Below, in pieces: positions 63,071-64,000 of a stretch of 64,000 nucleotides of DNA; position 1 is the stretch's first letter, and the number at the start of each line of letters is the position of its first letter. The stretch lies in the IMG/VR virus record IMGVR_UViG_3300022925_000015. One strand, given 5' to 3'. The translations under genes and the position numbers were made by a program. The stretch comes from an uncultured virus (IMG/VR IMGVR_UViG_3300022925_000015) (Duplodnaviria; Heunggongvirae; Uroviricota; Caudoviricetes). The notes beneath the pieces are model-generated. The model saw only the letters and a program-made list of their open reading frames with translations, did not search any database and was not told where the DNA came from.

Positions 63071-63247
63071 TTAGTGGATTGTATCTACAAGAGGATTTGG
63101 TGTTGGATGTTCTTCAACCATTAGCAAATCCTTTACATTGATGTTTGGTTCTTGTTCTTCTAATGTAAGACAAGCATCTTTGAAGTCCATTGCAACGACT
63201 TCATATACTTCGTTGTTATCCATAGTAAAGTGATATAATTTAGGCAT
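63071..63247 (-). CDS. Small acidic hypothetical protein (58 aa), absent from the ORF track
   Basis: AAAGGA RBS, then MPKLYHFTMDNNEVYEVVAMDFKDACLTLEEQEPNINVKDLLMVEEHPTPNPLVDTIH-stop; fills the gap between neighbours. Confidence 0.6.
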   Translation of the reverse strand: MPKLYHFTMDNNEVYEVVAMDFKDACLTLEEQEPNINVKDLLMVEEHPTPNPLVDTIH

Positions 63248-63258
63248 TGTAGTCCTTT

Positions 63259-63540
63259 CTAGATCCAGTTAGCCGCTACAGCATAACCGAATACGTTTAC
63301 ACAAGCAAAGTAAAAAGTTAATAGTGTTACCCAAGCAGCACCTCTACGTAAAGATGCGTAGCATTGAGTAATACTACCTACAAAGAACCCTGGGTACACA
63401 ATTAGCATATTAGGATCCCTTGCTGTAAGAGCAAGTGTCATACTTGCACCTACTGTAAAGATAAAACTCACAAGTTCAAAACCAAATGCAACTTTGTCGC
63501 TTTGGTAACTGTTTACCCAAAAGTTTTTGATCTTTTCCAA
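63259..63540 (-). CDS. Small membrane protein
   Basis: Three hydrophobic stretches; TTG start right after the upstream stop. Confidence 0.55.
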   Translation of the reverse strand: MEKIKNFWVNSYQSDKVAFGFELVSFIFTVGASMTLALTARDPNMLIVYPGFFVGSITQCYASLRRGAAWVTLLTFYFACVNVFGYAVAANWI

Positions 63541-63837
63541 TTATTCGTCGTCCGCACGTGGACCGGACACATCATCTGGTAAGTTCTTAGTAATGCCTAA
63601 GATACTTTCAATCTCTGTCCATTCTTCTTCGTGCTTTTGCCAGTCACCTTTATGTGCAATTTTAATTGCTTTATTGATTGTGCTAGGTTTAATTTGAAGT
63701 TCTTCTGCTACTGCTTTTACAGTATCTTTAAGTCCTTCGTTTAGGTCTTCTACTTCACGCAACACGTTAGAACCCTCTTTGATTAAACGTTCTAGTTTTG
63801 CTTTTTCTTCAGGCCCGTAACTTGATCTTGCTGTCAT
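63541..63837 (-). CDS. DsbA-like double-stranded DNA-binding protein
   Basis: 'L..LIKEG...L.E...LNEGLKD.V....EEL.I....INKAIK..HK' matches the T4 DsbA-type helical pattern. Confidence 0.65.
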   Translation of the reverse strand: MTARSSYGPEEKAKLERLIKEGSNVLREVEDLNEGLKDTVKAVAEELQIKPSTINKAIKIAHKGDWQKHEEEWTEIESILGITKNLPDDVSGPRADDE

Positions 63838-63865
63838 AAAATAATACTCCTGTTAGTGTTTTAGT

Positions 63866-63894
63866 ATTATATAGTCACAAAAAAAGCCAGTCAA
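63866..63894 (-). promoter_or_regulatory. Sigma70-type early promoter for the DsbA-like gene
   Basis: TTGACT-17 nt-TATAAT. Confidence 0.7.
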
Positions 63895-63912
63895 GTGTTT
63901 AACTGGCTTTTT
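63879..63912. terminator. Intrinsic terminator, possibly bidirectional
   Basis: AAAAAGCCAGT-10 nt-ACTGGCTTTTT with A/T tracts on both sides. Confidence 0.75.
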
Positions 63913-63933
63913 ATATAATTTTGGTTAAATTAA

Positions 63934-63999
63934 TTAGCAGTCTGGTCCGCAGTTGCAATTATCATCGCATTTGCCTTTGCAGTCACATTCTGGTCCGCA
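63934..63999 (-). CDS. Cys-rich (metallothionein-like) C-terminus of a gene truncated by the window edge
   Basis: Translates to CGPECDCKGKCDDNCNCGPDC-stop, followed by a terminator. Confidence 0.55.
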   Translation of the reverse strand, partial: CGPECDCKGKCDDNCNCGPDC

Positions 64000-64000
64000 G

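Noticed and set aside
1..64000. Stop-codon reassignment, CRISPR array, tRNA genes, transposase/integrase, or a DGR/retron
   Set aside because: Genes tile densely in the standard code and TAA, TAG and TGA all act as stops. I saw no spaced direct repeats, cloverleafs, reverse transcriptase or recombinase by eye; a tRNA scan was not run.

Overview
AT-rich segment of a large T4-related (myovirus-like) dsDNA bacteriophage genome, read with the standard genetic code. The + strand (1-45.8 kb) carries two blocks. The first is a baseplate/tail module: gp5-, gp25- and gp6-like genes, a 4,673-aa virion protein, four paralogous fibre genes and two paralogous structural genes. It is followed directly by a tightly coupled ~12.5-kb glycan-type cluster behind TAAATA late-promoter-like boxes: six glycosyltransferase-like genes, two radical SAM enzymes, two SGNH-fold proteins and a nucleotide-sugar dehydrogenase. 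The - strand (45.8-64 kb) carries replication and DNA-metabolism genes (family B polymerase, sliding clamp, RNase H, DsbA-like protein) interleaved with a 7-deazaguanine DNA-modification locus. That locus encodes a DpdA/TGT-fold transglycosylase, a T-fold LxxxHRHxF protein, FolE and QueE, with no QueC in view. It also holds a GT-B glycosyltransferase resembling GTDC1/queuosine mannosyltransferase, a minimal MBD4-like glycosylase, a cupin, a purine PRTase and a HIT protein. The best candidate novel systems are (1) a possibly glycosylated, replication-coupled 7-deazaguanine DNA modification and (2) a late-expressed virion glycosylation pathway. All functional calls come from motif recognition by eye; no database searches were run.
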